Assembly (NCBI GenBank): GCA_951406725.2
Contig: OX597819.1
Location: 112,902,001 to 112,966,000, forward strand
DNA: 64,000 nt
DNA from: Octopus vulgaris
Lineage: Eukaryota
Direction: 5' to 3'
Shown: piece after piece, positions 27,450-39,735 of the stretch
Position numbering within the stretch: position 1 is the first letter of the stretch
Layout: each line of letters begins with the position of its first letter
Made by a program: the position numbers and the translations under genes
Notes under the pieces: model-generated
Databases searched by the model: none
What the model saw: only the letters and a program-made list of their open reading frames with translations
Told to the model about the DNA's origin: nothing

Positions 27450-27886
27450 GATGAAATCCACTCAATCACACGCCAGATTTTACCATAACGATAAATACGC
27501 GTGTGGTTCAATTGATTACATCCGACGTTATAATTCAAATGCCCCAACTAACAGCGCGCCAAACTCTCACGGAAAACAAATACAGCATTTAGAAATAAAT
27601 GCAGCATAATTATAATTAATTAATAAGGGTGAGAGAATTAGATACTAATTTAATAGTATATCTATTCTACACCAAGTGGCCTAGTGCTCCGAGAAACCTG
27701 GATTATTATAATATTTTACAATATATTATAATATTTTTACAAAATAAATATAAGAGAGTGGTCACTATATGGCTCACTCTAGCACCAGTTAATCCAAAAG
27801 GTTTCAACCACAAAAATACATGCTTCCCATGAAAGTTAGTACGATTGTTAGCTCACACGGACAGGGCAAATAAAAATAACAAAATA

Positions 27887-27983
27887 CAGATTATTTTGGG
27901 ACAATTGTTTCGCTATTAATGAATTAAATGTAATTTTACTTACAATTAAAATCCACTTGTAGCTCTTCAGCCAAAACTATCTG
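27887..27983 (-). ncRNA. Type I hammerhead ribozyme, copy 2 of 6
   Basis: Same motif at +534. Confidence 0.85.
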
Positions 27984-28420
27984 GATGAAATCCACTCAAT
28001 CACACGCCAGATTTTACCATAACGATAAATACGCGTGTGGTTCAATTGATTACATCCGACGTTATAATTCAAATGCCCCAACTAACAGCGCGCCAAACTC
28101 TCACGGAAAACAAATACAGCATTTAGAAATAAATGCAGCATAATTATAATTAATTAATAAGGGTGAGAGAATTAGATACTAATTTAATAGTATATCTATT
28201 CTACACCAAGTGGCCTAGTGCTCCGAGAAACCTGGATTATTATAATATTTTACAATATATTATAATATTTTTACAAAATAAATATAAGAGAGTGGTCACT
28301 ATATGGCTCACTCTAGCACCAGTTAATCCAAAAGGTTTCAACCACAAAAATACATGCTTCCCATGAAAGTTAGTACGATTGTTAGCTCACACGGACAGGG
28401 CAAATAAAAATAACAAAATA

Positions 28421-28517
28421 CAGATTATTTTGGGACAATTGTTTCGCTATTAATGAATTAAATGTAATTTTACTTACAATTAAAATCCACTTGTAGCTCT
28501 TCAGCCAAAACTATCTG
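28421..28517 (-). ncRNA. Type I hammerhead ribozyme, copy 3 of 6
   Basis: Same motif at +1068. Confidence 0.85.
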
Positions 28518-28954
28518 GATGAAATCCACTCAATCACACGCCAGATTTTACCATAACGATAAATACGCGTGTGGTTCAATTGATTACATCCGACGTTATA
28601 ATTCAAATGCCCCAACTAACAGCGCGCCAAACTCTCACGGAAAACAAATACAGCATTTAGAAATAAATGCAGCATAATTATAATTAATTAATAAGGGTGA
28701 GAGAATTAGATACTAATTTAATAGTATATCTATTCTACACCAAGTGGCCTAGTGCTCCGAGAAACCTGGATTATTATAATATTTTACAATATATTATAAT
28801 ATTTTTACAAAATAAATATAAGAGAGTGGTCACTATATGGCTCACTCTAGCACCAGTTAATCCAAAAGGTTTCAACCACAAAAATACATGCTTCCCATGA
28901 AAGTTAGTACGATTGTTAGCTCACACGGACAGGGCAAATAAAAATAACAAAATA

Positions 28955-29051
28955 CAGATTATTTTGGGACAATTGTTTCGCTATTAATGAATTAAATGTA
29001 ATTTTACTTACAATTAAAATCCACTTGTAGCTCTTCAGCCAAAACTATCTG
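28955..29051 (-). ncRNA. Type I hammerhead ribozyme, copy 4 of 6
   Basis: Same motif at +1602. Confidence 0.85.
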
Positions 29052-29488
29052 GATGAAATCCACTCAATCACACGCCAGATTTTACCATAACGATAAATAC
29101 GCGTGTGGTTCAATTGATTACATCCGACGTTATAATTCAAATGCCCCAACTAACAGCGCGCCAAACTCTCACGGAAAACAAATACAGCATTTAGAAATAA
29201 ATGCAGCATAATTATAATTAATTAATAAGGGTGAGAGAATTAGATACTAATTTAATAGTATATCTATTCTACACCAAGTGGCCTAGTGCTCCGAGAAACC
29301 TGGATTATTATAATATTTTACAATATATTATAATATTTTTACAAAATAAATATAAGAGAGTGGTCACTATATGGCTCACTCTAGCACCAGTTAATCCAAA
29401 AGGTTTCAACCACAAAAATACATGCTTCCCATGAAAGTTAGTACGATTGTTAGCTCACACGGACAGGGCAAATAAAAATAACAAAATA

Positions 29489-29585
29489 CAGATTATTTTG
29501 GGACAATTGTTTCGCTATTAATGAATTAAATGTAATTTTACTTACAATTAAAATCCACTTGTAGCTCTTCAGCCAAAACTATCTG
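29489..29585 (-). ncRNA. Type I hammerhead ribozyme, copy 5 of 6
   Basis: Same motif at +2136. Confidence 0.85.
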
Positions 29586-30022
29586 GATGAAATCCACTCA
29601 ATCACACGCCAGATTTTACCATAACGATAAATACGCGTGTGGTTCAATTGATTACATCCGACGTTATAATTCAAATGCCCCAACTAACAGCGCGCCAAAC
29701 TCTCACGGAAAACAAATACAGCATTTAGAAATAAATGCAGCATAATTATAATTAATTAATAAGGGTGAGAGAATTAGATACTAATTTAATAGTATATCTA
29801 TTCTACACCAAGTGGCCTAGTGCTCCGAGAAACCTGGATTATTATAATATTTTACAATATATTATAATATTTTTACAAAATAAATATAAGAGAGTGGTCA
29901 CTATATGGCTCACTCTAGCACCAGTTAATCCAAAAGGTTTCAACCACAAAAATACATGCTTCCCATGAAAGTTAGTACGATTGTTAGCTCACACGGACAG
30001 GGCAAATAAAAATAACAAAATA

Positions 30023-30119
30023 CAGATTATTTTGGGACAATTGTTTCGCTATTAATGAATTAAATGTAATTTTACTTACAATTAAAATCCACTTGTAGCT
30101 CTTCAGCCAAAACTATCTG
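30023..30119 (-). ncRNA. Type I hammerhead ribozyme, copy 6 of 6
   Basis: Same motif at +2670. Confidence 0.85.
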
Positions 30120-30184
30120 GATGAAATCCACTCAATCACACGCCAGATTTTACCATAACGATAAATACGCGTGTGGTTCAATTG

Positions 30185-30232
<48 letters not shown>

Positions 30233-30514
30233 TACACATGTGTTTGTAAATACACGAATATACACATCTTTTCAGAATAATTCTCAGGAAAAGGAAGTAC
30301 TCGTCTAGTAAAAGCTATCACCTTCAAAAACACTTACACATACGCACGCACACGTGCATGTAACTGTGTATGTGTGTACGTATATGTATTTGTAATCAGA
30401 CTCCAAAGTGTGTGTGTGTATGTGTGTGTGTGTGTGTGTGTGTGCGTGTGTGTGTGTGTGTGTGTTGTGGACAGAAACCTATAACCTCCAATCCATCTTT
30501 CTGTCTTTCATAAG

Positions 30515-30664
30515 ATGCTGAACTCTACTGCGTTGCTGTACATGAATTTGGACACAGCCTTGGGCTGATGCATTCCCGATGGCCCCTGTCTATCATGTGG
30601 CCATGGATGAAAGGAGACTGTACCCTGTCCAAATTTGACATTGCTGTCATCCAAACGATTTATG
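30515..30664 (+). CDS. MMP coding exon 6: catalytic zinc motif and Met-turn
   Basis: AELYCVAVHEFGHSLGLMHSRWPLSIMWP...DIAVIQTIYG; donor G|GTGAGT. Confidence 0.97.
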
Positions 30665-30702
30665 GTGAGTTACATGCATTTATACTTTCGGGGTGGATAA
30701 AA

Positions 30703-30737
30703 TTAGTAGTGGCAGCAGCAGCAGCAGCAGTAGCAGC

Positions 30738-30802
<65 letters not shown>

Positions 30803-30851
30803 CAGCAGCAGCAGCAGCAGTAGTGGCAGTGGCAGCAGCAGCAGCAGTAGC

Positions 30852-30905
<54 letters not shown>

Positions 30906-30977
30906 TGTAGTAGTGGTAGTAGTCGCAGCAGCAGCAGCAGTAGCAGTAGCAGTAGCAGTAGCAGTGGCAGCAGCAGC

Positions 30978-31009
<32 letters not shown>

Positions 31010-31020
31010 CAGCAGCAGCT

Positions 31021-31051
<31 letters not shown>

Positions 31052-31052
31052 C

Positions 31053-31129
<77 letters not shown>

Positions 31130-31130
31130 C

Positions 31131-31184
<54 letters not shown>
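30703..31184. repeat. Compound (GTA)n/(GCA)n microsatellite filling MMP intron 6
   Basis: Direct. Confidence 0.95.
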
Positions 31185-31185
<1 letters not shown>

Positions 31186-31247
31186 ATTTACGTAACCAGA
31201 TGATACTTTCCATACCTCTGCTAACTTCTACCTATCTCAATTAACAG

Positions 31248-34200
31248 GTGTCGCTAAAGGAGGAATATTTCCAAGACGTCCTTTTTTCTTCTTCCGGACC
31301 TTGCCATCATCGTCCTCATCATCATTGCCATCATCCCCGTCGTTGCCAAGCAAACCAAAATCGACGGCGACATCGCAGCCATCAACTGCATTGCCATCAA
31401 CAATACTATCGCATGACACAACACATGTGACAAGAGAAGTATTAACACACGTGACTACAGGAGAATCAACACACATGACTACAGGAGAATCAACACACGT
31501 GACTAGAGGAACATCAACACATGTGACCACAGGAGCATCGACACAGGTGACCACGAGCGCAGCAACCCCCGGAATCGAACGCAAAACACGCGCGACCAGA
31601 CCTTCAACCCATGTGGCTAGACCTAAAACAAGCAAGGACAAACAATCAACTCCACACGTGACAGAACACACTGTACGCTTGACTAGACGAAAAACGCAGG
31701 GAACCAGACCAACAACACACGTCACCAGATCAACCTCACACGTGTCCAGCCGTAAAACAGACAAGTCTGGACCATTAACAACACGTGCGACCAGACGAAC
31801 AGAACACGAAACCAGAAATGCAAACCACGTGACTAGACCAACAACACACGTGACCAGATCAACCTCACACGTGTCCAGCCGTAAAACAGACAAGTCTGGA
31901 CCATTAACAACACGTGCGACCAGACGAACAGAACGCGTAACCAGAAATGCAAAACACGTGACTAGACAAACAACACACGTGACCAGATCAACCTCACACG
32001 TGTCCAGCCGTAAAACAGACAAGTCTGGACCATTAACAACACGTGCGACCAGACGAACAGAACACGAAACCAGAAATGCAAACCACGTGACTAGACCAAC
32101 AACACACGTGACCAGATCAACCTCACACGTGTCCAGCCGTAAAACAGACAAGTCTGGACCATTAACAACACGTGCGACCAGACGAACAGAACGCGTAACC
32201 AGAAATGCAAAACACGTGACTAGACAAACAACAGATGTGACGAGGCGAGCGAAAGATGTAACCAGACCAACACACGTGATCAGTTCTAAAACTGACAGAT
32301 TTAGACCATTAACGACACACGTGACCAGACGAACAGCATACGTAACCAAACCAACAGCACATGTGACCAAACCAACAGCACACGTGACCAAGCCAACAGC
32401 ACACGTGACCAAGTCAACAGCACACGTGACCAAGTCAACAGCACACGTGACCAAGCCAACACCAGATTTGACTAAACCAACACACGTGACCAGACGTATA
32501 ACAAATGCAACTACTAGGGTCTCGTTAAACATGACTACGACACCAGAGTCCGCAGGAATGGGTAACAGTATTATTATTACTGCCAAGAGAACGGCAGCAA
32601 CAGTAACAACACCATCTAAAACGACAAAAACAACAGCAGCAACAACAGCAGCAGCAACAGCAGCAGCAACAGCAGCAGTGTATTCGGCACCGTTCGAAAC
32701 CGAGACCCCCACTAATCAGAATGTGACAGCAGGATCTGAACGCCTGGCACAAACGTCTTTGTCGAACGATCGAACAAAGGAACATGTCTCATCCACACTG
32801 CATGAAGGGAACCGTACGCCAACTGAATATTTGTTGGCAAGGGAGACACCACCACCACCACCACCATCATCATCTTCATCATCATCATCATCATCATCGT
32901 CGTCGTCGTCGTCGTCGTCGTCTTTACCGAATGTTAGGTCAACGCGCAATGTAAAGGCAAAGACAACACAATTTATTTTGGGCCAGTCAACCCAGATCAC
33001 AGAGAAAGTTCGTGATGCTGTGGAGGCAGAGAGTCCTTTGCTAACGCCGCCACCACCGCAACCATCACTGTCTCTTTCATTGTTATCATCATCATCATCA
33101 TCATCATCACCATCGCCACCGTTCCCACAAGCACAGACATCACCACAACCACCACCACAAACACCACCACCACAAACACCACCACCACCAACACCATCGC
33201 CACCACTACCACAGACACTGCCAGCATCACCAGTATCAACATCACTATTACCACAAACACCACTTCCATCAACAGCAACACCACTACAAAAACCATTACC
33301 ACCATCACAAACACCACCACTACCACAAACACCACCACCAACACCATCGCCACCACAACAAACATCACCGCCACTACCACCACCACAAACACCACCACCA
33401 GCAGAAACACGCCCATCACTAAAACTAACGCCACCACCACAAACACCACCGCCGGCTCCATCATCACAACCACCATCACCATCTCCGCTACCAACGCCAC
33501 CACCATCACCACCGCCATCAACACCGCCGCAATCAGCACCACCTCAACCACCATCAATACCAGCACCATCACTAAGACCAACTCCTCTATCACAAACACC
33601 ATCAAAACAACCACCGCCGCCGCCACCACAAACGCCACGACGACCACTAGGAATACCATCACCCTCACTAACGCAAACACCACCACCGTCATTCCTACCG
33701 TTGTCACCACCACCATCTCCACCACCATCACCACCACCATCATCACAACAAACCCCATCATCACCATCATTACAAACACCAACAACAATATTAAACACAT
33801 CAAAATCTAATCATCCATTTAGTGGGGTATATGCCACCCCGGCACAGTCAACATTTGTAGATCAGCCTCCCATTTATGGCCTTTTGCCCTCAACGCACGC
33901 ATCTCCTCGCCCAAACCTTTCTACATTCCAGACTTACACGAACCTACAAACGGGTCCCTCTAAAGTACCGGAAGCCACAAGTCAGATTCCCTCCCTGAAC
34001 ACCCAAGATGTCAATTTTCCTAGAAAGTCTACCGTTCAAGACGGAACTTCAGAAAATCGCCATATATCTCTTGGGATCACATCTCAGACACTGGTAGATG
34101 TAACAGCAGCCATAAACACTGTAAACCGAACAGAGCAGGTTCGATCCGCTGAAGCCCAGACTAAGCGTCAAACGACATCGATGGCCACGATGGTAAGAAC

Positions 34201-35945
34201 AACAAGAGCACTAATGAATACAACAACTACAACAACAAATGGAACGACAATACCAGCATCAAGAAGAGCCACTCAGATACCAGAATCAACAATATCAATA
34301 GCAACAACTGCAACAACAAAAAGACCTGAACTTTCAAAAGAAACAAATAACATTTTCCCTGTCAACATCACCACTATGACTACTGCTGCCGCTTTTGCTG
34401 TTAACTCCACCACCACCACTACCACCACAACCATCTCTGACATCATCAACATTGCCGTCACAAATATTGTCCTTAACGCTACTAGTGATATGAAAAGCAA
34501 GAGCCCTGTTAATACCAACAGAGTCTTTAACAATAGGAACACTAGTAATAGTACCATGTCCGTAAATACCACTAACACCATTTATAATTTCATTAGCACC
34601 ACCGATAGCAACAACAGTAACAGCAGCGTGACTGTTGATACTACCAAGGCCAATAACAACCTCATTAGCACCCTCGGTAGCAACATCAGGAACACTGTCA
34701 TTGCCGATAGCACAACCAGTAAAACCATCATTAACAACACCGATAGCAACACAAACAACCTCATTGACACCACCGATAGCAACACCAGTAACGTTGCCAC
34801 TGACATTAATTATAACCTCGTAAACAGCACCGATATCAACATTAGCAACACTGACAACTACATTCATTCCACCGATAGCAACACCGTCAACTACATTCAT
34901 TCCACCGATAGCAACACCAACAACTACATTGATTCCACCGACAGCAACACTAACACCATCCGTAACAACAGTATCGCTAACACCAAAAACAGCCATTATA
35001 GCATAACTGATAGCAATATAAGCCACATTACCACTAACATCAGGAACACCTCGTCCATCAGCTCCACTACTAACAACACTACCAATAATATTAAAAACTC
35101 TGCAAACACCACCAGTACTACAAAAATTAGATCTAAGGTCAAAGCCTCTCCTGGGGTGTTACATTCGCCCGGAACAACTTCCGTCACAAATTCCAGTCAT
35201 AGACCAAATGAACGAAATATGACAGTATTGGCTATAGATAATCGACACACAGTTCCAGGTGTACAGCTGAAGAGCTCGTACGAAACACCTACCACTCAAA
35301 AACGTATTGCAGACATGCAACAATATAACAACGATAACAACAACGACAACACCGTCTCGGGTGGGAAACGAACGTTGTACAAACTGCTTCGTCAAAAGAA
35401 CAAATATAAGCCACAGTTGTGGCCCCGCGTTCAAATAGGTAAGGAAACAGGGCATTTGCAAAACTTCAATACTCGGTTAGAGAGCGGAAACCGACACAAA
35501 TTCGAACGCGACTTCTTTAAACGGGTCAAACGAAGTTATCAGGAAACGGATACGTTAGGTCCCGATACAGGGAGTGAATTTCAAACCGGACCGATGGGCA
35601 TTCGAATTCCGGTGACAATTGTTTCAGGTGTAACTGGATGTTTTAAATCCTCGGGAACGAAAACATCGACTGTATTACCACTGTTTGTGACTAGAAACCG
35701 AGATCAAACTCAACAGGATATTTGGCAAACTACGAGTGATAAACCTGCTAAAAGACAAACAATGCGTCCAGGGGAGTTTCAAACTCAAGAGCCAACTGAT
35801 GTAGTAGCACACAACAGTGTATTTTCTACACACCCAACCACAATGAGTCGATCTTCGCAACAAAATAGGAATTCGAGCGATGTATGCTTCATACCCATTG
35901 ATGCTACATTTGTTGATCCGAGTCGCACTCTATATATATTTAGTG
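31248..35945 (+). CDS. MMP coding exon 7 (4698 nt): giant T/S/P/N-rich linker plus start of hemopexin domain
   Basis: Acceptor ttaacAG; a single open frame (ORF track 1550 aa) in phase with exon 6; ends in CFIPIDATFVDPSRTLYIFSG (hemopexin blade 1) at donor G|GTGAGT. Confidence 0.88.
31703..32240 (+). repeat. Coding minisatellite: 129-bp (43-aa) unit x about 4, ABAB pattern
   Basis: aacctcacacgtg recurs at 31732, 31861, 31990 and 32119; units alternate EHETRNAN / ERVTRNAK. Confidence 0.92.
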
Positions 35946-36383
35946 GTGAGTAACGCAATCTTTTATTAAATAATTAAGTCATAATGTAATCTGTTTATTT
36001 AGTAAGCTGACTCGAATTTTCCTACCACATAAACCGGATCTCTGAACTAATATTTTAATAGCGCTTTTAAAGACTATAGGGTAATATTTAAGGCAAATTT
36101 GGCTATTATTCTCAGCAGACCGAACAACGCAGCTGAGATTCTCTTGTATGATTTAAGCCCTACAGGATGCGTTGTTCGATTCCTGTTCAAGTAATGCTGG
36201 CTCTTCAACAACAGCAAATTGTCTTTTAGAAATATGTAATGTTTAACATTATTCATATACTAAATGTTAATTTTGTACCACGCGCCCATATGTATACATA
36301 TATACTGTATATATATATGTGTGTGTGTGTGTATATGCATGTGTTTGTGCGTAGGAGTGTATGTGTGTGTATGTATACTCTTT

Positions 36384-37120
36384 ACTCTTTTACTTGTTTC
36401 AGTCAGTTTGACTGCGGCCATGCTGGACTTATTCTTTGTAAGCCTAGTACTTATTCTATCGGTCTCTTTTGCCGAACCACTAAGTTACGGGGACATAAAC
36501 ACACCAGCATCGGTTGTCAAGCGATGTCGGTGCTACAAACACAGACACACAAACACATACGCACACGTACATACATATATATACATATACATATATACGA
36601 CGGGCTTCTTTCAGTTTCCGTCTACCAAATCCACTCACAAGGCTTTGGTCGGCCGAGGCTATAGTAGAAGACACTTGCCCAAGGTGCCACGCAGTGGGAT
36701 TGAACCCGGAACCATGTGGTTGGTAAGCAAGCTACTTACCACACAGCCACTCCTGCGCCTGTGTGTATATTATGTATGTGTGTATCTTTTACTTTTTATT
36801 TGTCTCAGTCTGCGGCTATCCTGGGGCACCGCCTTGAGGAAATTCAGTCGCACAAATCACCCGGTGCTTATACTGTACCGCTAGTTTACGGGAACATGAA
36901 CACAGCACCACCGGTTGTCAAGAGGCGGGGGGGGACAAACGTAGAAACAAAGACTCACACACACACACGACGAGTTTCTTTCACTTTGCGTCTACGAAAT
37001 CCACTCATAAGGCTTTGGTTGACCCGAGGCTATAGTAGAAGACACTTGCTATGATGTGAGACGGAACCCGAAACCATGTGGTTGGAAAGCAAACTTCTTA
37101 CCACATAGCTACGCTTGCAG
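36384..37120 (-). mobile_element. Two adjacent SINE family B copies
   Basis: Reverse-complement homology to 5828-6226, twice (about 36384-36760 and 36790-37120). Confidence 0.82.
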
Positions 37121-37194
37121 CTTGTATGTATGTATGTATGTATACACATATCACCTCTACTGAAAAGTCAGATTTTGTTTTTTTCCCTATCCAG

Positions 37195-37355
37195 GAATCA
37201 CGGTTTATTGGTTGTCGTTGTGCAGATTACCAACTAAACATAAAAACATCTCATTAATATCTGAAATGTTTCCAAGAAACCCAGGAAATATTACGGCAGC
37301 GGTGTCTTTGGAGTTTGGCAGGAAGAAGAAATGGTCTCGAACTTATCTTTTCCAG
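37195..37355 (+). CDS. MMP coding exon 8: hemopexin blades 1-2
   Basis: Acceptor ttttccctatccAG; ...ISEMFPRNPGNITAAV...RTYLFQ; donor CAG|GTGAGC. Confidence 0.9.
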
Positions 37356-37401
37356 GTGAGCAGCAACTATGAAGCATATCAGTATTATATCTGTTAATAA
37401 C

Positions 37402-37960
37402 GTGGCGAGCTGGCAGAATCGTTAGCACGCCGGGCGAAATGTTTAACGGTATTTCGTCTGCCGTTACGTTCTGAGTTCAAATTCCGCGAAGGTCGACTTT
37501 GCCTTTCATCCTTTCGGGGTCGATTAAATAAGTACCAGTTACGCACTGGGGTCGATATAATCGACTTAATCCGTTTGTCTGTCCTTGTTTGTCCTCTCTG
37601 TGTTTAGCCCCTTGTGGGTGGTAAAGAAATAGGTATTTCGCCCGTCGCTACATTCTGAGTTCAAATTCCGCCGAGGTCGACTTTGCCTTTCATCCTTTCG
37701 GGGTCGATTAAATAAGTACCAGTTACGCACTGGGGTCGATATAATCGACTTAATCCGTTTGTCTGTCCTTGTTTGTCCTTTCTGTGTTTAGCCCTTTGTG
37801 GGTAGTAAAGAAATAGAAATAGGTATTTCGTCTGTCTTTACGTTCTGAGTTCAAATTCCGCTGAGGTCGAATTTGCATTTCAGCTTTTCGGGGTCGATAA
37901 AACAAGTACCAGTTGAGCATTGGGATTGATTTAATCGATTTACCTTCTTCCCAAAATTGC
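37402..37960 (+). mobile_element. SINE family A trimer
   Basis: Full head, then two headless units restarting at ggtatttcg. Confidence 0.87.
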
Positions 37961-38031
37961 TAGCACGAGACCAAGCTTCGGATGAATTTTAAAGTTGAGA
38001 GGTGCTGTTGCAATATTTTTCACATATGTAA

Positions 38032-38101
<70 letters not shown>

Positions 38102-38228
38102 GATGGGCCAAAAGTCATGCACAAAACAAGTTCAATACGCTCCGGAAGTGTTAAAGAGATGCTCCTATTTTTCTAGGTCTGAATAAAATGAACAAAATAA
38201 TCATGAATACACACGTACTTGTACATGA

Positions 38229-38260
<32 letters not shown>

Positions 38261-38655
38261 AGAAGTAGAAATAGAGGTGGAGAGCATAATGCAGGCTCTT
38301 AGTGGGCCGCTCGCGTGGTTTTTATTAGAGTGGACGTTTCGCGAAACCAATGCCCATATACTTCGCTCCAAGGCCTATTCCGCGGCTCGACATGGGATTG
38401 AGACAGGCGGTCTTAGACAATGGAGCTGCGCCGAGTTGCCGAAACCCAGATCTTTTGAGGATCGTCTTGATGCCAACTCGAATGATGATACCAGATATTC
38501 TTAAGCTACCGTTCTTCACAACCCTTCAAGGCTACCGTAACGGATCAGGATCACCGAAGGCCAAACCATACTTGATCCCCCATAAGCCTTCTCCTACTTT
38601 GGCGTTTCCTAGGATCGACGACTAGGATGTAGCAGTTAGGATCCAAATAATAATG

Positions 38656-38701
<46 letters not shown>

Positions 38702-38714
38702 TAATAATAATAAT

Positions 38715-38925
38715 CCTTTCTACTGATCCTTATACTAAAGGATTTTGGAGGAGAGGACTAACTGATTACATTGACCCCAGTGTTTCACTGGTACTTAATT
38801 TATCGACCTCGAAAAGATGAAAGGCAAAGTCGACCTCGGCAGAATTCGAACTCAGAACGTAAAGACGGACGAAATGCCGCTAAGCATTTCGCACGGAGTA
38901 CCAAGTATTCTGCCAGCTCGCCCTC
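38715..38925 (-). mobile_element. SINE family A copy next to (TAA)n
   Basis: Reverse-complement core and head. Confidence 0.8.
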
Positions 38926-39098
38926 TCCAAGAAGTATTTTCTCTTAAACACAGTACGTCCACAAGAAATATTATCACCGATCAAATGCTGCAGTAAATTT
39001 GCCTATCACGATGTATTTAGATTAAGTATAATACAAAAATGGCTTTAAAAATTACTATTTTTAAATCTCGCAACGTGAGATATTCAGCAACAGTACTT

Positions 39099-39260
39099 TG
39101 TAGTAAAGATTGTTTGCCAGCATAATAAGGCAGTCCTGGTTTAGGACAAATGTTGCTGTAATTTAGCCAGCTGGAGACGATGCCTCCTGGGTTTAAATTG
39201 CAGCAACATACGTCCTAAATCAGCACTGCCATATTATGTTGGCAAACAATCTTTACTACA
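39099..39260. repeat. Long imperfect inverted repeat (hairpin/MITE-like)
   Basis: tgtagtaaagattgtttgcca...tggcaaacaatctttactaca; arms of about 70 bp. Confidence 0.85.
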
Positions 39261-39735
39261 CAAAAATGGCTGTTTTAATCTAATACTGCTTCCCTTTCAT
39301 ATAAGGGATACCAATATATCTTTCAAATTTGTTTTGAGTCACTGGATTTGTTAATTTTACTGTTGTGATTGCCACACGGAGAATAATCTTCCAAAAAAAA
39401 AGTAAGTAGAAAATATGGTACAAAAATATTTTTGGAATTCTCATCAAAACATTTGTTCAAATTTCAATCCGAGATAAAAATAGAAAATTAAAAAATACAT
39501 GAATAATTTTATTTAATTTCACGTGAGTTAATACTTATTAAATATACATGTCATTAAAGGGCGATGTGTTAACTCCTTTAATTGCAGTAGTTTATGGATT
39601 ATTAAAGGACGATATATGAATTCCATTGAATATGGTGGTGAGATGAATGCGACTTTATTCTATTCCTGTCTATAATTCTGATGTAACTTAATTTCTGCCC
39701 CATAAAAACCTTGTTTATATGTTTATTCTTTTCAG

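Larger units (their letters stand above)
27207..30188 (-). repeat. Tandem array, 534-bp unit x about 5.6, each unit with a type I hammerhead ribozyme (retrozyme/PLE-like)
   Basis: Exact 534-bp spacing of identical ORF-track hits; flanked on both sides by (TA)n. Confidence 0.95.

Noticed and set aside
27629-29968. Five identical 67-aa ORFs
   Set aside because: By-product of the 534-bp tandem unit; GTG start and no recognisable protein features.
27207-30188. CRISPR-like array
   Set aside because: Eukaryotic context; long identical units with no unique spacers.
31237-32712. 491-aa antisense ORF (VTC-rich), and other antisense ORFs over exon 7
   Set aside because: Mirror of the repetitive sense coding sequence; no independent domain or splice evidence.
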